Positions 18,149-26,900 of a stretch of DNA of 64,000 bases are shown here, piece by piece (positions within the stretch are counted from its first letter, which is position 1; every line of letters starts with the position of its first letter). The translations under genes and the position numbers were made by a program. Source of the DNA: an uncultured Actinomycetes bacterium (GTDB lineage: Bacteria > Actinomycetota > Thermoleophilia > Gaiellales > Gaiellaceae); assembly GCA_963775395.1 (NCBI GenBank), contig CAVZIX010000018.1, positions 2,935 to 66,934 on the forward strand, written 5' to 3'. The notes below the pieces were generated by a model. That model was not told the DNA's origin. It made no database searches and worked only from the letters and a program-made list of their open reading frames with translations.

Positions 18149-19344
18149 GTAGCTATCGGGACGCCGGCCTCGGTGGCCTCGGAGATCTCCCGCGTCACTT
18201 CGAGGATGTCTCTGTTCGCGTTGAAGATCCGCAGCTGGCGGTCGGAGCCGTTCCCGCGCGAGAGGATCTCGCGGATGCCCTCGAGCTCGCGGTCGGAGCC
18301 GAGCTCGCGCGCGTGCGGCTCGATGTCGCGAAGCGCTCTGCGGATGAGCTGCGCGATCGGCACGCGGTTTCGTCGGCCGGTCACGAGGTCCATCACGGGG
18401 GCCTCGAGGCCGTAGCGCGCACCCAGCCACTTGTTCTCGGTGACGAGGATGCGGTGGTAGCTGGGGAGCTCCTTGCCGGCGTCGTAGAGCTCCGAGTAGT
18501 GCTTGACGAGCCCCTGGACGAAGGCGGCGATCGCGACCGTCTCCTCCACGCGCGTGATCGCGTCCATGACTCGCACTTCGATCGTCCCGAAGCGCGGGTG
18601 CGGGCGCACGTCCCACCAGATGTGGGTGTAGTCCGCGATGCACCCCGTCTTCTCGAGCTGGCCGACCACCTCCGCGTAATCGTCGTAGTCGGTGAAGCGC
18701 GGGGGTGGCCCCGAGCGCGGGAAGGCGGCGAACACCATCTGGCGGCTGGACGAGAGCCCGGTGGGCTCGCCTCGCCAGAACGGGGAGCTCGCCGAGAGCG
18801 CGAGCAGCTCGGAGAGGTGGACGAGCAGCGCGCTGATCACGTTGATCGCCTTGTTCGCGTCGTCGACCGCCACGTGGATGTGACAGCCGAAGATGAGCTC
18901 GCGGCGGGCGACGTACTGGAGCTGGTCGACGAGATTGCGGTAGCGGTCGCGGGCGGTGATGCGCTGGCGCTCGAAGAGGCTGAACGGGTGCGTGCCGGCC
19001 GATCCCACGCGCAGGTTGTGGGTTGCGGCAGCCTGGGTGACGTGAGAGCGCAGCCGGCGCAGCTCCCGGTCGACGTCGGCCGTCGTCTTGCAGACCGGCG
19101 TCGAGATCTCCAGGACGGACTGCATCAGCTCCGGGCCGATGCGGTCGTCGAACTCGCCGTCCTGCGCGGACGTGAGCACGGTGTCCACGTGCTGGACGAG
19201 GTCGAACGTGTCCGGGTCGAGGAGCATGTACTCCTCCTCGACGCCGAGCGTGAACGGCTCGCTCGAGCCGAAGCGATGGTCGAGGACGCTGCCCCCCTCG
19301 GCGAACCCCTTGCCCGTGATGGTCGCGGGATAAATCTGCTTCAT
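18145..19344 (-). CDS. ybdK: Carboxylate-amine ligase, glutamate-cysteine ligase family 2 (YbdK-like)
   Basis: MKQIYPA...FGSSEPFTLGVEEEYMLLDPDTFDL...LMQSVLEISTPVC...GTHPF...FGCHIHVAV...WWDVRPHPRFGTIEVRVMD is the GCS2 signature. The upstream part of ORF 18145..19668 is R-rich shadow. Confidence 0.9.
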   Translation of the reverse strand: MKQIYPATITGKGFAEGGSVLDHRFGSSEPFTLGVEEEYMLLDPDTFDLVQHVDTVLTSAQDGEFDDRIGPELMQSVLEISTPVCKTTADVDRELRRLRSHVTQAAATHNLRVGSAGTHPFSLFERQRITARDRYRNLVDQLQYVARRELIFGCHIHVAVDDANKAINVISALLVHLSELLALSASSPFWRGEPTGLSSSRQMVFAAFPRSGPPPRFTDYDDYAEVVGQLEKTGCIADYTHIWWDVRPHPRFGTIEVRVMDAITRVEETVAIAAFVQGLVKHYSELYDAGKELPSYHRILVTENKWLGARYGLEAPVMDLVTGRRNRVPIAQLIRRALRDIEPHARELGSDRELEGIREILSRGNGSDRQLRIFNANRDILEVTREISEATEAGVPIAT

Positions 19345-19517
19345 GGGAGCGACGAACTCTACTCCGAGGCCGGTGGAAGAAGACAGGCCCGAGCGGGGTC
19401 CTGTGAGAGACGCCAACTCGGTGTCCGTGGGAGAACGACGATGCGACGGAGATATCGAACCCGGCTCGTGAAGCGGCTCGTCCTCGGGCCGCTCGCCGCT
19501 TTTGCGACGATGAGGGC

Positions 19518-20063
19518 GTGCGTGCCATCGCCGCCCTCGCCTGCCTGACGATTCTCGTCGCCGCCTGCGGCGGCGACGACGAGTCCGCCGGCCCGACGAC
19601 GACGGTCGCCGACCCGGGACCGCCGACCACGACGCAGGCCGAAACGGAGACCGCCCCGCCGCCGACAACGACCGAGGAGGAGCGCGAAGGCCCGGTCGTC
19701 CTCATCCAGACGGAGCGGGGCGAGGAGGTCTCCGTTGCCGTCGAGATCGCCGACACCCAGGCGGAGCGGGAGGTCGGACTGATGCACCGGGAGTTCCTCG
19801 CGGACGACGCCGGGATGATCTTCCTCTTCGAGGAGGAGATCTCGGGCGGGTTCTGGATGAAGAACACGCTCATCCCCCTCTCGATCGCCTTCGCGGACGG
19901 CAACGGTGAGATCCTGCGCATCCTCGACATGGAGCCGTGCGAGGCCGACCCTTGCGAGATCTACGACCCCGGCGTGTCCTACGAGAGCGCGCTCGAGGTC
20001 AACCAGGGGGCGTTCGCGAGCTGGGGTGTCGAGGAGGGCGATCTGCTCACGCTGGAGCAGTGA
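19518..20063 (+). CDS. DUF192 domain lipoprotein
   Basis: It has a lipobox (ILVAAC), a Thr/Pro linker and then ...VEIADTQAEREVGLMHREFLADDAGMIFLFEEE..GFWMKNTLIPLSIAF.. (DUF192). Confidence 0.85.
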   Translation: MRAIAALACLTILVAACGGDDESAGPTTTVADPGPPTTTQAETETAPPPTTTEEEREGPVVLIQTERGEEVSVAVEIADTQAEREVGLMHREFLADDAGMIFLFEEEISGGFWMKNTLIPLSIAFADGNGEILRILDMEPCEADPCEIYDPGVSYESALEVNQGAFASWGVEEGDLLTLEQ

Positions 20064-20439
20064 CGACCGCCTCCACCTCGATCTCGAGCAGCCACCGGGG
20101 ATCGAGCAGCGCCGCCACGACCACCGTCGTGTTCGCGGGGCGGACCTCGGAGAACGACTCGCCATGCGCCTTGGCGAAGCCGTCGAAGGCCTCGGCGTCG
20201 GTCAGGTAGACGCGAGTCCTCACGACGTCGGCGAGGGAGCCGCCGGCCTGCTCGAGGGCTCCTGCGACGATCTCGAGGCAGCGCTTGGCCTGCCCGTAGG
20301 CCTCCGCGGGCGGATCGGCGCCGTCGGCCATGATCGGCGCGGTGCCGGCGACGAAGACGCGGTCGCCCACGCGTACGGCGCGGGAGTATCCGACGACGGG
20401 CTCGTAGGGCGATCCGGAGGAGATGATCTGCCGCTCCAT
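20047..20439 (-). CDS. RidA/YjgF/TdcF family (reactive-intermediate deaminase) protein
   Basis: ATG at 20439. MERQIISSGSPYEPVVGYSRAVRVGDRVFVAGTAP...RTRVYLTD...PANTTVVVAALLDPRWLLEIEVEAVV. Confidence 0.88.
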   Translation of the reverse strand: MERQIISSGSPYEPVVGYSRAVRVGDRVFVAGTAPIMADGADPPAEAYGQAKRCLEIVAGALEQAGGSLADVVRTRVYLTDAEAFDGFAKAHGESFSEVRPANTTVVVAALLDPRWLLEIEVEAVVTAPA

Positions 20440-20466
20440 GACGGTGACTAGTATCGCCTGCCAACC

Positions 20467-21279
20467 GTGAAGGCGCTCGAGCACATCGACACGTGGCCGG
20501 TCCCGACCGCGGCGGCCGCCGTCGTCGCGCCGGACGGGGTCGTCGCCGCGCGCGGGCCGTCGGATGTCGTCCTCCGGTGGGCCTCTGTGACGAAGCTCCT
20601 CACGGCATACGCCCTGCTGGTCGCGGCGGAGGAGGGTGTGCTCGACCTCGACGAGCCCGGCGGGCCGCAAGGCTCGACCGTCCGGCACCTACTGGCCCAC
20701 GCTTCGGGCCTGCCGTTCGAGGGCGACGTCCCCATCGCCAGGCCGGGGGAGCGGCGCATCTACTCGAACGCGGGGTTCGACCTGCTGGGCGAGCTGCTCG
20801 CGGACAGGGCCGAGATGACCTTCGGGGCGTACCTCCAGGAGGCCGTGCTCGACCCGCTCGGCCTGGGCGGGACGGAGCTGCGGGCTCGGCCGTCGGAAGG
20901 GCTGCACGGTCCGCTCGACGACCTCGCCGCCTTCGGTCGCGAGCTCCTCGCGCCGACCCTCGTCGCCCCGGAGACCCTCGCCGAGGCGACCCAGGTCGTC
21001 TTCCCGGGCCTCGTCGGCGTGCTCCCCGGGCTTGGGCGTCAGGAGCCGAACGACTGGGGGCTCGGGTTCGAGCTCAAGGACGCAAAGCGGCCGCACTGGA
21101 CCGGCTCGCGCAATTCGCCTGGGACGTTCGGCCATTTCGGCGGCGCCGGGACGTTTCTCTGGGTCGACCCCGAGGCCCGCGTCGCCTGCGCCGTCCTCAC
21201 GAGCCGCGAGTTCGACGCCTGGGCGCTCGAGGCGTGGCCGCCGCTCGCGGACGCCGTGCTCGCCGAGCTCGGTTCCTAG
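20467..21279 (+). CDS. Serine hydrolase, beta-lactamase/transpeptidase-like (class C/PBP4* family)
   Basis: RWASVTKLLTAYALL carries the S-x-x-K motif and IYSNAGFDLLG the Y-x-N motif. The ORF is 270 aa with a GTG start. Confidence 0.85.
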   Translation: MKALEHIDTWPVPTAAAAVVAPDGVVAARGPSDVVLRWASVTKLLTAYALLVAAEEGVLDLDEPGGPQGSTVRHLLAHASGLPFEGDVPIARPGERRIYSNAGFDLLGELLADRAEMTFGAYLQEAVLDPLGLGGTELRARPSEGLHGPLDDLAAFGRELLAPTLVAPETLAEATQVVFPGLVGVLPGLGRQEPNDWGLGFELKDAKRPHWTGSRNSPGTFGHFGGAGTFLWVDPEARVACAVLTSREFDAWALEAWPPLADAVLAELGS

Positions 21280-21572
21280 CCCGAGACGCCCACGACCCGC
21301 GTGTACGTGTCCTTCGGACACGTCGCCACGGCGGCCGGGGTCAGCGCCCGCGCCGGGCCCGTGAGCCGGTCGCCGGGTCGCAGCACGCCGCCGGCGCCCG
21401 TCAGCATCCCGCCGAGGACGAGCGCGACCTTGTCCTCGGGGTCGAGCTCCTCGCCCGAGGCGAGCTCGTGGCGCTCCATCTCGCGCGCGAGCTTCGTCAG
21501 CGTCTCGCCGGGCAGGCCCGTCAGCTCGGCGACCCGCGAGAGCTCGAAGACGGTCGCCGCCTCGTGCCTCAC
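21276..21572 (-). CDS. Hypothetical protein (possible N-terminal HTH)
   Basis: GTG at 21572. VRHEAATVFELSRVAELTGLPGETLTKLAREMERHEL... has very high GC3 in this frame. Its stop overlaps the stop of the hydrolase gene. No family recognised. Confidence 0.55.
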   Translation of the reverse strand: MRHEAATVFELSRVAELTGLPGETLTKLAREMERHELASGEELDPEDKVALVLGGMLTGAGGVLRPGDRLTGPARALTPAAVATCPKDTYTRVVGVSG

Positions 21573-21700
21573 GGCTCGGACGTCCGCGCATCGTCCGGGT
21601 CCTCGTGACCCGGCCCGCGCTGGGCGTCCTCCTCGACGCGTCGCTCGGGCGGCGCCTGCTCCTCTTCCTCGGTCGGCTCCGGCGGCTCTGGCGTGGACAT
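21569..21700 (-). CDS. Small acidic ORF (43 aa), or a frameshifted N-terminus of the downstream gene
   Basis: ATG at 21700 has AGGA 9 nt upstream. MSTPEPPEPTEEEEQAPPERRVEEDAQRGPGHEDPDDARTSEP has high GC3. Its TGA overlaps the GTG of the next ORF (GTGA at 21569-21572). Confidence 0.35.
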   Translation of the reverse strand: MSTPEPPEPTEEEEQAPPERRVEEDAQRGPGHEDPDDARTSEP

Positions 21701-21936
21701 GGCTCGATCCTACTCGCGCACCGTCCCTCCCGGCCATGCCCGGGGTCAGACCCCGGCCGCGGCCTCGCCCGACGTGGCCCTGCCCCTCGAATCCGGCTTT
21801 CGCCGCGAGGCGTCACCGCGAGAGTCCGATCGCAATCCTCCCGACGCCATGATCCGCCCGGACGTGTCAGGGGTCAGACCCCGGGCGCGGCCGGGATGGA
21901 CAGCGTCGTCAGTAAGCTCGCCAGCGATGGCGACCG

Positions 21937-22451
21937 CGGAACAGCTCAGGGAGTGGCGCGCGTGCCCGCGGTGCGGGACGCCGCTCGAGCACGACGACGG
22001 CGCCGTTTTCTGCCCCTCGTGCGGGCTTCAGGAGTACGCGAACCCGGCGCCGACGGCGAGCGCCGTGGTGCGCGACGGCGACCGGCTCCTGCTCGCGCGC
22101 CGCGCGGGCGACCCCGGCAAGGGCCTCTGGGATCTCGTCGGAGGGTTCATGGACGAGGGCGAGGAGCCGCTCGAGACATTGCGGCGCGAGCTGCGCGAGG
22201 AGACCGGGTGCGAGATCGAGGTGGGCGAGTTCCTCGGCGGGCTGCCCGACCGCTACGGGGACGACGGCATCTGGACGATCAACTTCTACTGGGAGGCGAC
22301 GCTCCTGGGAGAGCCGCAGCCGGGCGACGACGTCGCCGAGCTGTCCTGGTTTCCGCGCGAGGAGCTTCCGCCGCGCGCCGAGTTCGCCTTCGCCAACACG
22401 GTCGCGCTCCTCGAGCGAGCCGGAGCGCGCTTCCTCGAGCCGCCCGGGTAG
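21937..22451 (+). CDS. NUDIX hydrolase with N-terminal zinc ribbon (NudC-like)
   Basis: MATAEQLREWRACPRCGTPLEHDDGAVFCPSCG has four Cys. The Nudix box is GGFMDEGEEPLETLRRELREETG. Confidence 0.88.
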
Positions 22452-22460
22452 CGGCAGCCC

Positions 22461-23300
22461 ATGACCGGTCCGTTCCTCGCCCTGGCGGCGAGCCTGAGCT
22501 GGGGCGTCGGCGACTTCCTCGCCGGGCTGAGCAGCCGCAAGCTGCAGGTCCTCACTGTCCTCGTCGTCTCGCAGGCCGCCGGCCTCACGTCCCTGGTCGT
22601 CCTGGTCGCGGTCCGCGGGAACGGGCCGCCGGAGATGCGCTACCTGCTCTACGCCTCCCTCGCCGGCATCGCCGGCGCGATCGGCCTGGCTGCCCTGTAC
22701 CGCGGCCTCGCCGTTGGCTCGATGAGCGTTGTCGCGCCCATCTCGGCGACGGCAGCCGTGATCCCGGTGGCGGCGGGAGTCATCACGGGCGAGCGGCCGA
22801 GCACCGCCCAGGGCGCCGGGATCGCGCTCGCGCTCGCAGGCGTCGTGCTCGCCTCGCGCGAGAGCCGCCCGGACGGGAGCGGGCGCGGAGTCGCGGAAGG
22901 CGTCGGCCTCGCGCTTGTCGCCGCCGTCGGGTTCGGCTTGCTCCTGGTGGCGCTCGGAGCCGCAAGCGACGCCGACGCCCTCTGGGCGACCCTGGCGATG
23001 CGAACGACGTCGTTCACCCTGCTTGCCCTCGCAGCGCTCATCGTCAGGCCGACTCTCACGGTCGGGCGCGACAACCTGCCGGTCCTCGTCCTGATCGGCG
23101 TGCTCGACGCGGCCGGCAACGCGCTCTTCGCCCTGGCGACGACCGAGAGCCTCCTCAGCGTCGCCGCCGTGCTCGCGCAGCTCTATCCGGTGGTCACGGT
23201 CCTCCTCGCGCGCGCGGTGCTCGGAGAGCGGATCTCGCGTCCTCAGCAGGTCGGCGTCGTGAGCGCGTTTGCAGGCATCGCGCTCATCACGGCGGGCTGA
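22461..23300 (+). CDS. EamA/DMT-superfamily transporter
   Basis: 279 aa with 10 predicted TM segments and two EamA repeats (LSWGVGDFLAG..., ...LYPVVTVLLARAVLGERISRPQQVGVV). Confidence 0.85.
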   Translation: MTGPFLALAASLSWGVGDFLAGLSSRKLQVLTVLVVSQAAGLTSLVVLVAVRGNGPPEMRYLLYASLAGIAGAIGLAALYRGLAVGSMSVVAPISATAAVIPVAAGVITGERPSTAQGAGIALALAGVVLASRESRPDGSGRGVAEGVGLALVAAVGFGLLLVALGAASDADALWATLAMRTTSFTLLALAALIVRPTLTVGRDNLPVLVLIGVLDAAGNALFALATTESLLSVAAVLAQLYPVVTVLLARAVLGERISRPQQVGVVSAFAGIALITAG

Positions 23301-23336
23301 CGGCCCCTCGCAGGACTATCCGGACGGCCAGGAACG

Positions 23337-23354
23337 ATAGGCCGAACGGCCTAT
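23337..23354. promoter_or_regulatory. 18-bp palindrome ATAGGCCGAACGGCCTAT (copy 1 of 2)
   Basis: 7-bp arms ATAGGCC/GGCCTAT flank GAAC. The sequence is identical to 27124-27141. It lies 22 nt upstream of a GATAAT hexamer (23377-23382) and 36 nt upstream of the small ORF at 23391. Confidence 0.4.
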
Positions 23355-23390
23355 ATGGACCAGCGGGGTTGCGGCCGATAATCGGCACAC

Positions 23391-23531
23391 ATGGACTACG
23401 GGACACATCGGATCGACGATCATCTGCGCGAGGACTGGGTCGACGCCTGGATCGCGGAGGGCCTCGACGCCGTCGAGGCGTTCCTCCGCAACCATGCGGC
23501 GTTCGACACCTTTCTCGAAGACCGCGACTAG
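23391..23531 (+). CDS. Small acidic hypothetical protein (46 aa)
   Basis: MDYGTHRIDDHLREDWVDAWIAEGLDAVEAFLRNHAAFDTFLEDRD has high GC3. It falls below the ORF-track length cutoff. It has no SD; a GATAAT hexamer ends 8 nt before the ATG, so it may be leaderless. Confidence 0.4.
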   Translation: MDYGTHRIDDHLREDWVDAWIAEGLDAVEAFLRNHAAFDTFLEDRD

Positions 23532-23546
23532 CGAGTCTTCGAGCGT

Positions 23547-23876
23547 TCAGGCCTGTGCAGGCTCTGCCAGGCCGAGCGACTGCTCGAGCATCCGCTTCGG
23601 CTGAGCGCCGATCGCGGCTGCCGCAGGCTCGCCGCCCTTGAAGAGGACGATCGTGGGGATCGAGAGGATCCCGTACCGGTGTGCGAGCTCGGGCTCCTCG
23701 TCGATGTTGACCTTGACGACGCGAAGCTCGTCGCCCCGCTCGTCCGCGATCTGATCGAGGATGGGGGAGACGGCACGGCAAGGGCCGCACCATTCCGCCC
23801 AGAAGTCGACGATCACCGGGGTCTCGCTCGCGAGCACCTCGGTGTCGAACTCAGTGGTCGTGATTGGGTTTGCCAT
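23547..23876 (-). CDS. trxA: Thioredoxin
   Basis: ATG at 23876 follows a GGAGAGG RBS. MANPITTTEFDTEVLASETPVIVDFWAEWCGPCRAVSPILD... has the canonical WCGPC site. Confidence 0.93.
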   Translation of the reverse strand: MANPITTTEFDTEVLASETPVIVDFWAEWCGPCRAVSPILDQIADERGDELRVVKVNIDEEPELAHRYGILSIPTIVLFKGGEPAAAAIGAQPKRMLEQSLGLAEPAQA

Positions 23877-23904
23877 ACCTCTCCAAACGTAGACTGACCG
23901 CCAG

Positions 23905-26900
23905 ATGTTCCGCACCCTAGCGCGCGTCCCCGATCACCCTGCGCTCGAGCTGGAGATCCTCGACTGGTGGGAGAAGCGGGGAACCTTCGAGCAGCTCCGC
24001 GAGCTGAATCGCGGCGGGCCCGTCTGGAGCTTCGTCGACGGTCCGGTGACCGCGAACAAGACGCTCGCGATCCACACGGCGTGGGGGAGGACCCTCAAGG
24101 ACGTCTTCCAACGCTACAAGGCGCTCCAGGGGTTCGACCAGCGCTACCAGAACGGTTTCGACTGCCAGGGCCTCTGGATCGAGGTCGGCGTCGAGCGCGA
24201 GCTCGGGCTCAACTCGAAGCGGGAGATCGAGGAGTACGGACTGGCGGAGTTCGCGCGCAAGTGCCACGAGAAGGTCGTCTGGTCGGCCGCCGAGATCACG
24301 CGCGGCTCGAAGCGCCTCGGCCAGTGGATGGACTGGGGCAACGATTACTTCACATTCTCGGACACGAACATCGAGTACATCTGGCGCTTCCTGCGCAAGA
24401 TGCACGACGACGGCCACCTCTACCTCGGCCACCGCTCGACCGAGTGGTGCCCCCGCTGCGGGACATCAATCTCGGCCCACGAGCTCGTCGGGAACTACGA
24501 GGACCGCACGGACCCGTCGCTCTTCGTCCGCTTCCCGCTCGTCGACCGGCCCGGGCAGTCGCTCACCGTCTGGACGACGACGCCTTGGACGCTACCCGCG
24601 AACGTGGCCGCCGCGGTCAAACCGGAGGCCGAGTACGGCCGGCACGAAAACGGAGAGTGGGTGGCGGTCGCGCGCGATCCGCACGAGACGTTCGCGGAGC
24701 GCGTCAAGGGCGCCGAGCTGGTCGGCCTGCGGTACGAGGGCCCGTTCGACCACCTCCCGGCGGTGCAGGGCGTCGAGCACCGGGTCATCCCCTGGGAGGA
24801 TGTCTCGCTGGCGGAGGGAACGGGCATCGTCCACATCGCGCCGGGGAGCGGCGCCGAGGACTTCGAGCTCTCGCGTGTCCACGACCTGCCCGTGCTCGTG
24901 CCGGTCGACGAGGCCGGACGCTTCTACGCGGACTACGGCTGGCTCCACGGTCAGGGAACCTCCGAGGCCGCGGAGCAGATCGTCGTCGACCTCGCCGAGC
25001 GCGGTCGCCTTGTCGGCGCCGGGGAGATCGAGCACCGCTTCCCCTTCTGCTGGCGTTGCCACACGCCGCTCATCTTCCGCGTCGCCGACGACTGGTTCAT
25101 CGGCGTCGAGGAGTTGCGGCCACGGCTTCTCGCCGCGAACGCGACCGTCAAATGGACGCCCGAGTACTTCGGGAAGCGCATGGAGGACTGGCTCCGCAAC
25201 TTGGGGGACTGGAACATCTCGCGGCGCCGCTACTACGGGCTGCCGCTCCCCATCTACCCCTGCGACTGCGGCCACGTGACCGTGATCGGGTCGAGAGCCG
25301 AGCTGGAGGAGAAGGCGACCGCGGGCCTCGACGAGCTGGAAGAGCTGCGCCGCCCCTGGATCGACGACGTGCCAATCCGGTGCGAGGCCTGCGGCAACAA
25401 GGAGGTCCGGCGGATCCCCGAGGTCGGCGACGTCTGGCTCGACGCGGGCATCGTGCCCTTCTCGACCCTCGGCTGGGAGAACCCGGAGTGGATCGAGCAC
25501 GGATACGGGACCGGCGCGGCCAAGGGCCTGACGGGTGCGGACCTCCCCGACCACGCCTATTGGGAGACCTGGTTCCCCGCGCACTGGGTCTCGGAGATGC
25601 GCGAGCAGATCCGCCTCTGGTTCTACTCGCAGCTCTTCATGTCGGTCGCGCTCGTCGACCGCGCGCCGTTCCGTGAGGTGCTCGGCTACGAGAAGATGCT
25701 CGACGAGCACGGCCGGGCGATGCACGGCTCGTGGGGGAACATGATCGACGCCGAGGACGCCTTCGCGCGCATGGGCGCCGACGTCATGCGCTGGCAGTTC
25801 TGCGCGCAGCCTCCGGATCGCAACCTCCTCTTCGGCTACGGGCCGGCGAACGAGATCAAGCGGAACCTCCTCACGCTCTGGAACTCGGTTCGCTTCCTCG
25901 TCGACTACGGGAACATCCAGGGGTTCACGCCGCGCTACGCCGACCTCGACGAGCCCCCGCTCGCCGACGATGCGCGGGCGCTCGACCGCTGGCTGGTCGC
26001 TCGCACGCAGCAATACGTCCATGACGCGACCCAGGCGCTCGACGACCAGCTCACGTACCGCCTCGTGGAGGGCTTCGACCAGTTCGTCGACGATGTCTCC
26101 AACTGGTACATCCGCCGCTCGCGCCGCCGCTTCTGGGACGGGGACGAGACGGCGCTTCGCGTCCTCTGGCATGCGCTCGTTCAGGGCATCCGCGCGATCT
26201 CGCCGGTGATGCCCTTCCTGGCTGAGCATCTGTGGCGCAGCCTGGTCGCCGAAGCGTGCGAGGGCGCGCCGGAGAGCGTCTTCCTCGCCGGCTGGCCGCA
26301 GGCGGGCGAGCCGGACACGGCCCTTCTGGAGGAGATCGCCGAGCTACGGTCGATCGTCGGCCTCGGCAACCGTGCGCGGGACTCGGCGGGGATGAAGCTG
26401 CGCCAGCCCCTCAGAGCACTTGTCGTCGAGGGCGCCGAACGGGCGACGAGCCACGGCGACGAGATTGCGGAAGAGCTCCGCGTGAAGTCGGTCTCGTTCG
26501 AGCAGATCGCCGGCGCCAAGGTCCGCGCGAAGCCGAACCTGAAGCTCCTCGGGCCCAGGCTCGGCGCGGAACTCCCGAAGATCAGCGCGGCGCTCGCCGA
26601 AGGGCGCTTCGAGCACCTCCCGGACGGAGGCGCCAGGGTCGAGGGGCACGACCTTGCCCCGGACGAGGTCTTCGTCCAGCGTGAGGCGCCCGACGGCTGG
26701 ACCCTCGCCGAGGCCACGGGACTGGCTGTCGCGCTCGACATCCGCCTCGACCCCGAGCTCGAGCTCGAAGGCCGGGTCTACGACCTCGTGCACACGGTGA
26801 ACTCGATGCGCAAGGAGCAGGGGCTCGAGATCACCGACCGCATCGTCCTGACGCTTCCCGACGGCGAGGACCTGCAACGGTTCGCGGACTGGATCAAGTC

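Noticed and set aside
15661-18152. Long ORFs 15661..17511 (-) and 15861..18152 (+), and similarly 5956..8124 (-), 24592..26229 (-), 51144..53348 (+), 51256..53472 (-), 53394..54944 (+), 56053..57612 (-), 59795..61924 (-) and 63024..63995 (-)
   Set aside because: All overlap better-supported genes in another frame or strand and have the R/G/P/D-rich low-complexity composition expected from stop-codon-poor GC-rich DNA.
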